A stretch of 64,000 nt of DNA from contig JAUZTB010000064.1 in NCBI GenBank assembly GCA_034780895.1, positions 110,010,301-110,074,300 of the forward strand, written 5' to 3'. A model generated the notes under the pieces. The model saw only the letters and a list, made by a program, of their open reading frames with translations, was not told the origin of the DNA and did no database searches. The DNA is from Rhynchobatus australiae. Its lineage: Eukaryota. Of this stretch, positions 38,261 through 52,799 are shown in pieces (within the stretch, counting starts at the first letter, position 1; every line of letters begins with the position of its first letter). The position numbers were made by a program, and so were the translations under genes.

Positions 38261-41169
38261 CGTGAATTGTAATAGTGCCAATTAAGGGAATGGAAATGGA
38301 TGAGGACAAAAGATGTCAGTACAGATATTTGTACAATTCCAAATGTAATTCCAGAAGGAGAAGACATTGTCTGAATTACTCAAACTATAATTGAACAAGC
38401 AAGCAAGCATAGACTCACTGAGCTAAATAACAGAGGAAATGCTTCAGAGGTTAATGGTGAAGTCTCCACAGGGTTTTGGGGGAGGGGTGCAATTAAGGAA
38501 ATATAGCATACCACTGTAAAAGCAAATACCATTTATAATATTGATGCAGAATATTCTGTGCTTTGGCAGGAACGGAAACATGATTGAAGAGATTCAATAA
38601 GTTTTGGGAACGATAGGTCCAGTTCTAGAGCTGAAGAGCCAACTGGAAAAGGGATGGCAATTAGCAAGGACAGAAGGTTAAGACAATTTTTTGAGAAAAA
38701 GGTGATGAAAATGGCTTTAAGAGTGACTGGGACAGTAAGGAGAAAGAATCATTAAAACTGTTATGAAGGATGGACACCCAGGAATTGATCAGTAATTTAG
38801 TGGTATGGGGTCAAAGTAGCAGGATGCAAGTCTCATGGCGAAGAACCTGGAAATGTCTTGAGGGAAGATAGGAGGAAAATTGGAGAAAGATATAAATTCA
38901 GCACAGCGCATGAGGAAAGCCTGGCAGTGGAAGAAAGCAGAGAAAGCAGCTGTACAGATGGCCTCAAGCTTAGAAACAAAGAATGAAAAACAGACTATTC
39001 AAACTAACATGATCTCTTTGAAAGAGAAAAGCAATTTACTCTATTTCTTTCACCACCAGGCTTCTGTCTAGATATCTAACCACATTCCCTACAACACCAT
39101 GGCCTGGATTATCCTGGACCCAGCCTGCTGCACTGGCACTTGATTTCAAATTGCAGAAGGCTGGGCAAGCTGATCGGGCACATGTGGAGGCAGAGGGGCT
39201 CAGAATGGTGATAGGTCTCAGGAGACAAATTCTAATACTCTGCTCTGCATCATCTCAACAGTATTTGACCAGCTGTCAAAGGCTTTGTAACTATTTTTAA
39301 ATGATTCTGATACAGACTTTAAAGAATTATTCAAACATTTAAATGATTGAAAAGTTAAAACAAAACAAATTAAATGTAATTAAAACACATGAAATACAAA
39401 AATAATTAAAATAATTAAAATGAAGTAAAATAAAAGCAGCTAGGATCAGCGAACCCATACTATTAAATGGGGTCACTGACAAAAGGACAGNNNNNNNNNN
39501 CCCTGGCATTAAGCCCTAGCTAAGCAGCAAAGTACATCCCGGTCTCATCTGCAGAACATTATTGCTCCATTGCTGGGCTCAATGTTCCTGAATTTTCACA
39601 ATGAACCTCTAATTTGGCAGTTCACCACTAGCCACCAAGAATCCATTTTTAAAGCAAACATTACATCTGTGGCTTTTTTGATAAAAATTCAAATAACCAT
39701 AATCTACTCATACAAATCAAAATGGATAATTTATGACTAAATGATTTATATTGATTTCTGTAGAAGTTACCCTTACCAAGACTAACACACACCCTTCTCT
39801 CCTCTGTTTAGCGATTTAAATGATATAAAATCTGTGACCTCTGAGCTTTTAATANNNNNNNNNNNNNNNNNNNNNNNNNNNNNNNNNNNNNNNNNNNNNN
39901 NNNNNNNNNNNNNNNNNNNNNNNNNNNNNNNNNNNNNNNNNNNNNNNNNNNNNNNNNNNNNNNNNNNNNNNNNNNNNNNNNNNNNNNNNNNNNNNNNNNN
40001 NNNNNNNNNNNNNNNNNNNNNNNNNNNNNNNNNNNNNNNNNNNNNNNNNNNNNNNNNNNNNNNNNNNNNNNNNNNNNNNNNNNNNNNNNNNNNNNNNNNN
40101 NNNNNNNNNNNNNNNNNNNNNNNNNNNNNNNNNNNNNNNNNNNNNNNNNNNNNNNNNNNNNNNNNNNNNNNNNNNNNNNNNNNNNNNNNNNNNNNNNNNN
40201 NNNNNNNNNNNNNNNNNNNNNNNNNNNNNNNNNNNNNNNNNNNNNNNNNNNNNNNNNNNNNNNNNNNNNNNNNNNNNNNNNNNNNNNNNNNNNNNNNNNN
40301 NNNNNNNNNNNNNNNNNNNNNNNNNNNNNNNNNNNNNNNNNNNNNNNNNNNNNNNNNNNNNNNNNNNNNNNNNNNNNNNNNNNNNATACCAGGTTTTGAT
40401 TTCACCCATGAGGTATGTAACTAGCCTGTACTTAACTGAAATGTACAGACTACCTTGCACTTCAGTAAACAGGAGTAGCCTTATGGCAGCTTGGGCTTAA
40501 TCAGCAGTTCAGTCACATCATAGGATCCTCTCCATTTTTTTTGCCATCCTTGCATGCCTTGATTTCTTTAGTGCATAAAAATCTACTTGATGTACTCAAT
40601 GAGTGAGCATCCATAGTTCTGTGGTGTATAGAATTCAAATTTCCAAGCTTCTGAGTGAAAAGATTTATCCTGATCTCACTCCTAAATGTTTTTCGCACCA
40701 TCTCTGTATCCCCAAGTATCATCATTATTTTTTGCTCACTCCTTGCATCTTCTCACTTTATAATTCATTTGCCACCTTCTTACCCCCTCTCATAACCTGT
40801 TCTTATCCCCTTAGGTGCCTTACTTTCTCTTACAGCTCATTTTCCCACCCAGCTTTGTATCTCCAGCAAGCTTGATTAAGCTACATTCTTGTCTTTTCAG
40901 ATGAGTCATTAATATAGATTGTAAAGAACAGAAATATATAGTGAATCTTTCTGGCACCCCACTGCACAATTTGCCCATCTGAGAAAAGAACCATTTATTC
41001 CCAGATTCTTTTGTGTCTCTGTTGAGCTACTTCATATATCAGTTTGCTGTTTCAGCAGTCAATTCTCCATCCATTAAGCTGGGTTTGGTTTCCTTTCATC
41101 ACAATTTTAACTCAATGACACTACTTCACTTGAGTCAACATTCCAGATTTCCATTCTAGAGATCCATGT

Positions 41170-41505
41170 ATTTAATCCACATGACAGTGCAGTGCCATAA
41201 TGAGGAACCTTCCAGATAAAATGTTAAATCCAAGACATTGATTGCTCTTGGGTGGATATGAAGGATATTCATGTGGCGCGCATTCAACTGAAAAGTTGCC
41301 AAGTGCTTGAACCAATAATATAAAGGCTTTATCAGAGAAGGAAAGGGGAACATGTTTAGTGTCCTGGCTAATATTTACCCTCAACCAACATCACTAAAAC
41401 AGGTTATAGAATCGCTGCTGTTTGTAAGACCTGTGTAAAAAAATCGACTGCCACGTTCAAGTGGGTTGGAAAACCCTGTGAAAGGCACTCCATTAATCCA
41501 AGTTC
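41170..41505 (+). mobile_element. Deu-domain SINE (SacSINE1/AmnSINE1-like), decayed
   Basis: gtgtcctggctaatatttaccctcaaccaacatcactaaaacagg...gctgtttgt and 3' tgtgaaaggcac match the recalled Deu-SINE core and tail. Confidence 0.7.
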
Positions 41506-41644
41506 AAATAAAAAAAATGTGCATTTGCCAAGGATTCTCGCATTATGCACTTGTAGTGTACACCAGCTACTTTTTGCATTTTTGAAGTTCTAATATCCCC
41601 TTTCCAAGTTAAGATTTGAGCACATAACTAACATAGATCATTTT

Positions 41645-41834
41645 GCATAGAACCATAGAACAATACAGCACAATACAGGCCCTTCGGCCCATCATGTTGT
41701 GCCGCCCATCAAACCACACATCACACTATCTAACCTTTTCCTCCCTCATATCCCTCTATCCCACATTCCTCCATATGCCTATCCAACAATCTCTCGAACC
41801 TGTCCAACATATCTGCCTCCACCACCACCCCAGG
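41645..41834 (-). mobile_element. Young-looking CR1 3' end entering a gap
   Basis: catagaaccatagaacaatacagcacaatacaggcccttcggccc tail with retained CpGs; same architecture as the tail at 16892. Confidence 0.8.
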
Positions 41835-43134
41835 NNNNNNNNNNNNNNNNNNNNNNNNNNNNNNNNNNNNNNNNNNNNNNNNNNNNNNNNNNNNNNNNNN
41901 NNNNNNNNNNNNNNNNNNNNNNNNNNNNNNNNNNNNNNNNNNNNNNNNNNNNNNNNNNNNNNNNNNNNNNNNNNNNNNNNNNNNNNNNNNNNNNNNNNNN
42001 NNNNNNNNNNNNNNNNNNNNNNNNNNNNNNNNNNNNNNNNNNNNNNNNNNNNNNNNNNNNNNNNNNNNNNNNNNNNNNNNNNNNNNNNNNNNNNNNNNNN
42101 NNNNNNNNNNNNNNNNNNNNNNNNNNNNNNNNNNNNNNNNNNNNNNNNNNNNNNNNNNNNNNNNNNNNNNNNNNNNNNNNNNNNNNNNNNNNNNNNNNNN
42201 NNNNNNNNNNNNNNNNNNNNNNNNNNNNNNNNNNNNNNNNNNNNNNNNNNNNNNNNNNNNNNNNNNNNNNNNNNNNNNNNNNNNNNNNNNNNNNNNNNNN
42301 NNNNNNNNNNNNNNNNNNNNNNNNNNNNNNNNNNNNNNNNNNNNNNNNNNNNNNNNNNNNNNNNNNNNNNNNNNNNNNNNNNNNNNNNNNNNNNNNNNNN
42401 NNNNNNNNNNNNNNNNNNNNNNNNNNNNNNNNNNNNNNNNNNNNNNNNNNNNNNNNNNNNNNNNNNNNNNNNNNNNNNNNNNNNNNGATGCTAAATCATC
42501 AAAATTTGAGGTACAATTTCAGTACTTAATTTTCCATGTTTGCTCACTGCTAACAATTGATTATAATATCATGTACAAAACATCAATAATGTGGGACCAC
42601 TATACATTAAGTGAAAAGAATGTGTCAATTTTGTTACAATGTCATATTAAGTGCGAACAAGCTAAATTCACCCAAAGCAAAGCAATAGATGAGCTTCTAC
42701 GAATACTTCCAACATTTTTCTTATATAGTTAAAACAAATACCTTCATTTATGCATCATTTTATCATATTCCTGATATATTGCACAAAATAAATTATGCAA
42801 TGGAGTGCAGTGATTTAAAAGAGCAAACATAGCAGCCATCTTGGGCCATTCTAAATTTCAAGAACACCAGCAAGAAGAATGGCCAGTTTTGTTGTTTATA
42901 TAATGGTTTAAACAGACAGCTTTAGTCAAATAAAGTCTTTGCTATTTTCTTTGGCTTGAAACTAAAACATAGAAGAGAACCTTTTGATTCCAGGTGTTTA
43001 CACTGGTTCGATGATAGACCCAAATTACACCTTTATTGTAGTCTTTATTCTCAAGTATCCTTCAACTCCCTTTTTAGAAATATTTATAAAATCACCTTCT
43101 ACCATCCCTACAGGCAGTGTTCAAGATCCAGGTA

Positions 43135-43560
43135 ATTGGAATCAAAGGAATTTATGGCACAGAAAGGAGGCCATAGTCCATCTCGTCCATGCTGGCCACA
43201 GAAGTATTTTTGTTTAGGTTAATCTCACTTCCCAGCTCCTGGTCTGTAGTTCTGTAGGTTACAGCTCTTCAGGTGCTCATCCAGATATTTTTAAAAGCGA
43301 TGAGGGTTTCAATCTTTACCATCCTTCAATGCAGTGAGTTCTCGACACCAATAACACTTTTTGTGTAAACCATTTCCTCAACTGCATTCTAAATCTTCTT
43401 CCAATTATTAAAGTATGCATCCCCCAGTCATTGAGCCCTCCAAGTAAAATAGCTTCTTCCTGCTTTCCCAAGCTTGGCATCTCAGACCTCAGTTAAATCT
43501 CCCTGAGTATCTATTGTTCTATAGAAATCACACTAATCTTACCAAATTCTCCTCATAACC
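43135..43560 (-). mobile_element. Decayed CR1 3' end
   Basis: ggaatttatggcacagaaaggaggccatagtccatc...aggtgctcatccagatatttttaaa...gcagtgagttc. Confidence 0.6.
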
Positions 43561-43969
43561 AACATCCTTCAGGATTGTCTTTCAGTTATAACACTTCTGA
43601 TGACCATTACCCTCTGAGGGTATCCCACTGAGCCAATTTTGAATCCAGTCTTACTTTGCCTTGGTTTCCACGGTCTTTTACTAGATCAAATGTACCACTA
43701 TCATAGATCTTCCTTGTTAGCTTCTCAAAACATCCCATTAATAAGCTAAGAACTTCCCTTAAGCCACCCATGCTGACTTTGAGAAAACAATTTCATCTCT
43801 CTTCTAGATTGTTTGCCAGTAATTTTGAATGTTTGACTGATAGTTAGTGAGCCAGTCACCAGAGGGAATAATATTTTTCAAAACCTATCTTGAAAAGCTC
43901 TAATTAAGACAGCATATGTATGTTTAACACAGATCTCAGTCAACACCACATCCTTTTTGTAATTCTGTC

Positions 43970-44140
43970 TGTTGGTCTCCATCCTATCTGAGAAAGTCAC
44001 ATAGTTCATGCCACTCCTCCACCTTCTCTGCAATTAAAACATGTAATTTCTAATGTATAATTTCTTATGAAAGGTCATATACCTGAAATCCCATCTCTGT
44101 TTCTCCTGCCATCAATGCAACCAAACCAATTAAGTATTTT
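43970..44140 (+). mobile_element. Penelope-like terminal repeat with degenerate hammerhead motif
   Basis: CTTATGA aaggtcatatacct GAAA at 44064-44088, followed by ctctgtttctcc...aatgc. Confidence 0.55.
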
Positions 44141-44149
44141 GAACAGATA

Positions 44150-44298
44150 GTGACATCGTTTAATACCGCATCCAAAAATCAGCACCTCTGTCTGTCCAAC
44201 ATTGCACAGGAGCGTCAGTCTGGATTTGTTTATCCTCTATTAATGAGTGTGGGGTTTGAACCCATTGGACTCAGAAGAGTATTACTAACTGAGCCATG
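44150..44298 (-). mobile_element. 5' part of a Deu-domain SINE with tRNA-like head
   Basis: Reverse complement reads tggctcagttagtaa...tgagtccaatgggttcaaacccca...cagactgacgctcctgtgca...gaggtgctgatttttggatg. Confidence 0.6.
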
Positions 44299-47200
44299 TT
44301 CAACCTTATGTTTGTGAATAATCCAGTTTAAATGCAGTGCCATGCATAGATGAACAGGGTAAATGATGAAGCTACATCCAACCTTCAGGGAAAAGTATTA
44401 ATGTAGATGGAGCTCTAGCACACAGATATCTTAAGGTTAATGAACAAAACAGTGAAGCAAAGCCAAAGTGAATGGAGTGTTGGGGTGTATTTATAGTACC
44501 ATTTACAAGAGAGTGCATAGTTTTTCATCATTGACCAAGACCTCAGTACAGCTTCAGCTTTTATCTCCTCACTTCATGGGTGCTATTTAGGACTGATACA
44601 GTGCATAGACCAATTCCCCACTTAAACCAATTTGATGGACTTAAAAATTCTGAGTCATTACACCCTAAAGAAATATGGACCCAACATTTCTAAAGGTGTC
44701 ACAGAATTTCCAGTCAGCAGCTCATTGCTTATACTCACTTCTGGTCAATAAAAAAAATCCATTTAGCTTGTCCATTTTCTACTGACAGCTCAAAAGAAAT
44801 CAGTCAGATTCTCACCAGCATGTCTATGCACAGTAGAGGGTATTCAATGCTAAATGCCATCATATAGTAGGTTGGCAAGGGGATTGGGGTAAGGTGAACA
44901 AATCAAGTCCCACTCACTAAATAGCTCAAAATAAAACAAGGGCAACTAACTTTAAGGCCTCTGGCTTAACCAGCTGTTAATGACTTTTAAATATTCCTGG
45001 CAACCAGAAATATTCAAAAGAGTTCCAAAACAATTATAAAACTAGTTTTCAAAGCACCTGAAAAATGATTAAAAGAATTAAATAGCTTAAAAACAAAACT
45101 ATTTCAACAAACATTGAAATAAATTAAAAGTAAAAACAGTACAATACCTTTCTTTCTTGCATTCATCCCTGACCATTGAAATCAATGTTTGTAAACGATC
45201 CCACTTGGTGCAAGCTGTTCATGCAGATTCCACGCCATGAATGGTGGGAAATTGCTGCAGGTTTGCATCACTAGATTCAGAGTGCAGTTGGCAAAATGGC
45301 TTTAAACAAATGTCAGCAAGTTCAGGATATCCATGTCCTCACATGCATACAAGGGCATCCTAATCTTGAAAGCAGTTCTATGGGGCCAAAAGTGCCAGTA
45401 GTAATTCAAGTTGACAATCAATTCCAATTAAGTGGGTTAAAGAGAACCAGGGGCACCATGTCATTATTTTAAATTTTGCAAGACTGGATTTCTCATACAT
45501 GTCAGGTGAAGGGCATTTTTCCCAGAGAATGGCAGACCTGTTTGCTTGCATGGTGCACAGATATTTGCAGATTGTCTTCCAGTAAGAATTGGACCCATTT
45601 CTGGCTGGGGTATGCATAATCTCTTTTTTTAAACAAGGCAGGCGGTGCATAGTATTATCAGTGATCACTTGAACTGGTTTCAACCTACTTGTGTGGTTAG
45701 GAGGTTGTGGGCAAAAAGGTGGGGTGGTGATGGTCGTCAGAGAACAGTCACCTAAACTTTTCTCTGCAAAAGCAGCACTTTCAAGAAAATACTAGATTAG
45801 GTGAGTAGTGGAGAACATGTATCACTACTGAAAGATACGCAGGATTATCTGGAGGCTCCTTCAAATTAAATTTTTTTCATGTGTTTTGGGAAGTTGTGCT
45901 GATTTCTTCTTGATCCCTTTTTTAGCTTGCTTTTCCTCTGGAAACTACCAGGTTAAACTAACCTTGTTCACAAGGTTTCATTTCTCTGTTGGATCATCTA
46001 TTTTTTGTATTTCAATATTTATTCAGGCCTGAATTCTTCCCCGTATTGCCCTCAAGATGCATGTTTCCAAACTTCTTGATCCCAAGAATATTCAGTCTCT
46101 CTGATTTTCTTCTGCTCAACAAACAATGCAAACTTATTCCTCTATTCCTACCTTCTATTCTTCTGAACGATATTTATAGTCCAACTCTCACACCAACTCC
46201 TCATCCCAAAATCACTCTTCTTCAACATCTGTCGCCAGCTTTAACTCTCTGTAAAATCTCACATCTTGAACGGCTAATTTAGCAACTGCCCTTCATTTTT
46301 TGCTTCATAGCTACCCAAGTTTAACACTTTATAAATTACTTCTAGATATTTTACTACTTAAATGGTAACATATATGTTTTTTTTGTTTTGTCTTTATTTC
46401 TAAGAAAGGAGTAACCAATAGCAACAAAATGACAAGTACCATAAAGCTGTTGATTAGGTCAATAGTTCCAAGAATGCTTTTATGGAAATTTGCAATGTGC
46501 AAGTCAGTTGATTAGGTCAGCTTATGTAAGAACTGAAATAAAATGGAGAATGCTAATAATACTCAGCAGATCAGGCAGCATCTGAGTTTATCAGAATTTG
46601 AAATGGCTACAAATTTGAATTATAGAGGAAAATTGGAAAATGTTGCTACAATGGAGATTATTTTAAGACAAAATAAAGTTATATGCAAACAAAAGTATGA
46701 TTTTATTGGGGGCTTTATCCCACCTAATGTAAGTGAAGAATGTGAGAATACCTAAACAATCTGGAATCTGAACTTGCAAGTATAATTTTACTGTGTTGTC
46801 ATCCAGTCAGTTTGAGGTCCCATGAGAGGCAACCCTCATGTGAGTTTGATAAGGGCAAGAAGAAACAGACTGCATTATAAGCAAAAAAAATTAATAGAAC
46901 AACCAGAACAACAATGACTATGATATGTTAATCTGCAAAGAGCAATCATCATTTAATCAATTTGGCATGAAATAGATCCACTGCAAGACAATTGTTTTGT
47001 AAATTTCAATGGAAACACAACTAAAACAACAAAAAATAAAATATTAAAAAGGTCTAATTTTTGCAGCAGTGAAAATTATCATGGTGGGATGGTGCTATAT
47101 ACTTTTTGCCACATTTTTCTTCATTTTGAAGTATGCAGATATGCTCCCATTGTTTTTGGACTCTGCAATCTAATTACTTTCCTCACCTAATCAAAAATTA

Positions 47201-49552
47201 ATGCAGTTATTATCCATGGAAACATTAAAACAGTATCCAGTAAGTTTTCACTTTTATTAGATTCCTAGTCTCTGATTTTGTGATCCCAGGAGATTGTGCT
47301 GGAGCTTTATTACCAACCCAGACATTACTTTTAAACATTCCAACTTTTCCATGGTAGTGTTATCCCATACTCAATGGTTAATGATCATTTGCTATTGTGA
47401 ATCCTTACTTCACCAAGATGCCATCTTTGGATGTTTAATGCCAATTACTACAAAGAATAATTAATTAAGCATTACTTTTCCTTAATTGGAGCAGAGAAAA
47501 TTCCCCTTGCATTTCAAGCTACTGAGAAATAAATGACGCACATGTAATTCAGCTGGAGCAAAAGATTCATTTGTCAGAAAAAATTATCTTTATACTTTAT
47601 AAACACAGACTCATGGCCAATACTTACATTTTCTTCTATACAAGTAAATAATCAAAAATAATCACAGCCCTGTGCTAAGTAATAGCTGCCTCCCAATCAT
47701 TATTGTGCATTTGTATTTTTTGCTTAACAATTCCTCGTGTACACTCCTACCTTTTCCCCTTTCTATATCTTTCTACATCTGTATCTTCCACACAAGCTGG
47801 AAGTTGCTCCATATGACTCAATTGTTCCCTCCCTCCAATATATTTGGGACTTATTATATTCTCACCCCTGATATCCGCTTTTCTCATGACTTATTTTTAC
47901 TTCTTTCTTCTCTGTTTTGTGTGTCTACCTATTTCTATAACAAGTCTCCATTCAACTCTTTTGTCCTCAGTCTGTTAATACTATTTCTTTGGAGTCACCA
48001 ACTAGCTTATCTTTATGATTCTTACCATAACCATGTATCTTGCCCGTATCAAAGAAGAATCACAGGTGGTTCCATCTAATAGTTCTATTTGGTGTCCCTG
48101 AGTCTCTTGGTGATAGATGTTGAAGTCCTCTGATGCTCAGTACATTTCGTGTCTAATGCTTTTTCCAAAAAAGGATAGTATGTGATGATAAGTAGATTCC
48201 CTTGCCTAAACTGGCCTGATGCCATGAGATTTCATTGGGTCTAAAATCAAAGTGAGGATTCCAAAAGTTTCTCTCTCCCAACTAAATCCCACCTTGTCAC
48301 CATCACTGATGGGATATTCCCTGCTGGTCACACAGAACATACCATGTGATGGTAATTAAAGAATCTGAGATGTAGTTGAAAGACATGAGGGTGACAATGA
48401 CAACACCTCAGTTGTTCAGAAAGGGAACTTAGCAAAAATTGACTGCTGGGTGTCAAAACAGTAAGTTGAAACTTGCTATCCATGTTAAGCTTAGCTTTGG
48501 TACTTTGGTGAAACCAAGTGATTTTCTAGGCCAGGAATTCTTAAACATTTCTATATAAGGGTTCCAAAACAATGGCTCACTGCCTTCTCAAGAAGTACCT
48601 ATTGTATGACAATGATGGGGTTTCCCAGTCCTGTCCCTGATGATCTACTATACCTACTGGCTGCCTTTCAAAGTTTCACAGACTAATTACCATTAATTGA
48701 ACAACTTTGATCAATCATTAGACATTTTAGCTGACTCTTCAACTGTGGGAGTTAATTCATGTAGGATTCAGATTAGTATCCAAGAAATCTGCATAAAAAC
48801 CTGAAGACACTGTGGGTCAGCAGAAACAGAACTATAACATACTGGACTATGAAAATAAAAATGTGGGTCAAACACANNNNNNNNNNNNNNNNNNNNNNNN
48901 NNNNNNNNNNNNNNNNNNNNNNNNNNNNNNNNNNNNNNNNNNNNNNNNNNNNNNNNNNNNNNNNNNNNNNNNNNNNNNNNNNNNNNNNNNNNNNNNNNNN
49001 NNNNNNNNNNNNNNNNNNNNNNNNNNNNNNNNNNNNNNNNNNNNNNNNNNNNNNNNNNNNNNNNNNNNNNNNNNNNNNNNNNNNNNNNNNNNNNNNNNNN
49101 NNNNNNNNNNNNNNNNNNNNNNNNNNNNNNNNNNNNNNNNNNNNNNNNNNNNNNNNNNNNNNNNNNNNNNNNNNNNNNNNNNNNNNNNNNNNNNNNNNNN
49201 NNNNNNNNNNNNNNNNNNNNNNNNNNNNNNNNNNNNNNNNNNNNNNNNNNNNNNNNNNNNNNNNNNNNNNNNNNNNNNNNNNNNNNNNNNNNNNNNNNNN
49301 NNNNNNNNNNNNNNNNNNNNNNNNNNNNNNNNNNNNNNNNNNNNNNNNNNNNNNNNNNNNNNNNNNNNNNNNNNNNNNNNNNNNNNNNNNNNNNNNNNNN
49401 NNNNNNNNNNNNNNNNNNNNNNNNNNNNNNNNNNNNNNNNNNNNNNNNNNNNNNNNNNNNNNNNNNNNNNNNNNNNNNNNNNNNNNNNNNNNNNNNNNNN
49501 NNNNNNNNNNNNNNNNNNNNNNNNNNNNNNNNNNNNNNNNNNNNNNNNNNNN

Positions 49553-49685
49553 AATGGTCTGACGAAGGGTCTTCAATTTGAAATATTAACTGGTTTCTCT
49601 TTCCACAGATGCTGCTTGACTGGCTGAGTTCTTCCAGCATTTCTGAGTTTGCTTCAGATTCCAGTACCTGCAGTTTTATTTGTTC
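49553..49685 (+). mobile_element. Penelope-like terminal repeat with both hammerhead core boxes intact
   Basis: CTGACGA (49559-49565), agggtcttcaattt, GAAA (49580-49583), tattaact, then ttccacagatgctgcttgactggctgagttcttccagcatt. Confidence 0.7.
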
Positions 49686-49711
49686 TCCATTAACAGCAAA
49701 ACTCAGCTTAC

Positions 49712-49820
49712 CTCAAACTCAGCATGTCTATGTATATCTTCTGCCCGCTGTCTGCTCAGGATAAACTCAGCCTCATTTGCTACCCTCACCAGGTGATCTT
49801 TCATGGTATGACATAGGAGT
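49712..49820 (-). CDS. LRBA: LRBA internal coding exon (109 nt, phase 2 to 0), (R)[36 protein letters not shown]
   Basis: Minus strand tttttttccctcatag|ACTCCTATGT...GAGTTTGAG|gtaagc. Open frame; LRBA-type residues KDHLVRV and [14 protein letters not shown] in DUF1088. Confidence 0.96.
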
Positions 49821-50314
49821 CTATGAGGGAAAAAAATGCAACTAAGAAACAAATTCAAGTAATAAATATATACTTTTATTCAATACTCCAAGCATGTAAA
49901 ATAAATGAGCAAAATTCAATGAACAGTTTTCCATCTTACAACACGCAAGAGCAAGGTTTTGTTACAGTAATAAGGAAATATCTTCCCATTCTTTTATTCT
50001 GCACAAAATATTTTTCTGTTACAAGGACAAAAGAGCTTAGATCCTTGAACAGAAAAATAGATACAATTTGTCTGAGCAAATTTTAACAAAACAGCAAAAT
50101 TTAGCATTCATTAAAAACTGCTTAAATCTTCAAGGACTTAAATTGGGACTAATATTATTGAAAACTTTAAAAGGCAATTCATTGAAACAGAATTGAGTTG
50201 CAAATATTTCCAACCACTGAAGCTTCATTACAAGCTATATTGCATAAAGAGATATGAGCATTATGACACTTGCACATGAAAGCAAAATTAAAAAGATTCA
50301 AAACCAAATTATCA

Positions 50315-50465
50315 CAGCTGGAAATCTAAAATAAAACAAAATATTCTGAAAATATTCAGCAGGCCAGGAAGCTTTAGTGGAACAAGAAGCACATTAACAA
50401 CTTTTCTCTCTTTGCAGATGCTTCCTGACAGCTGGTTATTTTCAGCATTTTTTGTTTTATTTTAA
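50315..50465. mobile_element. Inverted pair of Penelope-like terminal repeat arms with the central ribozyme region deleted
   Basis: aaaataaaacaaaatattctgaaaatattcagcagg...cagctggttattttcagcattttttgttttatttt; the arms are reverse-complement related. Confidence 0.55.
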
Positions 50466-52799
50466 AAAGATGACTCTTCAAAACCTAATTTTATGTCGGT
50501 ATTGTTTTGCATGTTCTAGCAATGAAATGAAAGTATATCTAAGTCAATAAGTTATTTAATTGCCACATTTGTTTCCATGTATTATTCTTCAACTCCTTTC
50601 TGCAATCCACCTTGTGTCTGAATAACTGTTCATATGTATGTTTTGTAATACACCACTTTTTTGGGAAAAAAAATCTTGGACAAAAATATCACTCAAGCAC
50701 AGAATAATGATGGAAAAAATTGAGGGAAGGAGGAAAGGAGGGATAAAGGATATTTTCCTAAGAAATAATATCCCACCATGACCAGCAAACCACACCCCAC
50801 CACCACCCATAAATCTTTGGCTTTGAACAAATTCTGTAGGCAAATTTTCATGGTTTTAACATATAGAACACCACCAATAAAAAAAAGTTTTCCATTTTGG
50901 CGAATCAGGAAGATTTTTCAATCAGTGCAAAATAGAATTAGTAATTGACTTGAACTGACAAATTAGTTTCAGAGAGTAGTGAAAAACGACCAGGATTATA
51001 AACAATTAGCCCTGAAATGCATTATCACAAATACTTCCAAGGTTTTTTATTTTTGCAATGTAATTGTTCAAACAGCTTTTCAAAATATTTTGAGTTATCT
51101 TCAGAAATGACATGGCGTATTTTCCCACCACATGATATTTGTTCACATGTTTGGTATTCATGGATCTGATTATCATCACTTCAAGGATACAAGGCGACAT
51201 TCTCATTCCATCAGTGATACATTTACAACATAATGAATCACATTTTCTAGATAATCAAATCTTAAACACTGCACTGATTATAGCTTCTCTGGCTAAATTG
51301 TTTTAAGTAACTTATACAGGACCAATCGTCTGCCACACCTTCTCAACAAGAGAGCAAAATTCATTTTTCAGGAAAAACTATCCAATGAGTTCCATTCACT
51401 TGCTTTTTGCCCACTACCCAGTACTTTTTTCCCTTCGAGTATTCAGAATGAGCATTCTAGTTTCACCAACGTTATCAAAAAAAAGCTTCCTGATTTCTCT
51501 CCTGAATAGCCAAGCTCATAATTTTGAGCTACATTCTGGATTCCTCTACTTACCTAATTCAATTTTTGATTTAAACTACCATTTGATTGCCCAAGCTTTT
51601 AAACTTAAGAGAACACAATCCTAGTCTATCATACAGATTTACCCAAATTATACAGCACTAAAATGGCCATTCAGATCATCCAGCCCATACAGTTACTTAT
51701 GTTCCATTTAAGTATCCTTCTATTTCCTTACCTTGACCATATCACCCTCTATTCCCTTCACCCTCATATGCTAATCTGGTTTCCCCTTAAATGCATCTAT
51801 ACCAATTACTTCTGTCACTTCCTGTGATAAAGTTCCGAAATGTTTATCATTCTCTGGAAAAAAAATTTCCTTCTGAATTCCTTATTTTACTTCCATTGCC
51901 TCTTGTCTCCCAGCTAAAGACACTACCTGTTCCAGCTCTCAAAATCTGGCTCTAAATTGTTCCTGTAAAATGGTGACTAGAATTGTGCAAAACACACCAA
52001 GTAAATTTCTTGCTTCAACTTCATCCTTACAGGAACCTTGATACTTGCTTCTTTTTAAATGGCCAATTAATCTGCCTCTTTATTTATCATTGAACTGAAT
52101 ACTAAGTTGTAATGGTGACAAAACAGACAATAACCTTGGGATTTCAACGAGTGCAGAGCTTAATCCAGAAATCACTGTCATATTTTCTATTCTCTAACCT
52201 TCTGCACCATAATTAAAGGCAATTATTAATTTGATAAAAATGTAAGAGCATTTTACCGTGAGAACAGTTTGTAAATATCTAAATACCATTTTATACCATG
52301 TTGCATAAAATGTGAGAATCTAATGGCATACTAAACCAGGACTTTTGCTGGACAAAATCTCTGGCCCTTTAACAAAAAATTATGGACATGGATTGCAATT
52401 CCCTCAAATATTTCAAAAATTAATAACAACACTCCATTATCAATCTTGATCTTGTACATATTCCAATCTACATTTTTTCCTCAGTGGAATGTTTAAAATA
52501 TTAAAACTTATGTTCTCTTTCTTCCTAGTTTGGGGTTTGTCAAATTTCTTCATTTGCTTTTCAGCTCAGCCAATTGATATCAGTAATCCCTTAGAAATGA
52601 CACTTGACAGTAACCAGCAATGAAAGGGGATACTCATACCACCGAGATCACCGAGATTGAAAGTGGTCTTCTTTAACGGCAATGCTAAGCGATATCTTTG
52701 CATAGTTTGTTGCAGTTCTCCTCAGTATTCAATAGTCCATCTCCGATCCCACCACAATTTAGCATTACCATAAGTTAAGAAATTTTATTTTTCTGAAGT

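Noticed and set aside
39270-45150. Similar A-rich tracts at about 39270-39440 and 44970-45150 as a DNA transposon family
   Set aside because: The similarity is low-complexity and I could not define TIRs or TSDs.
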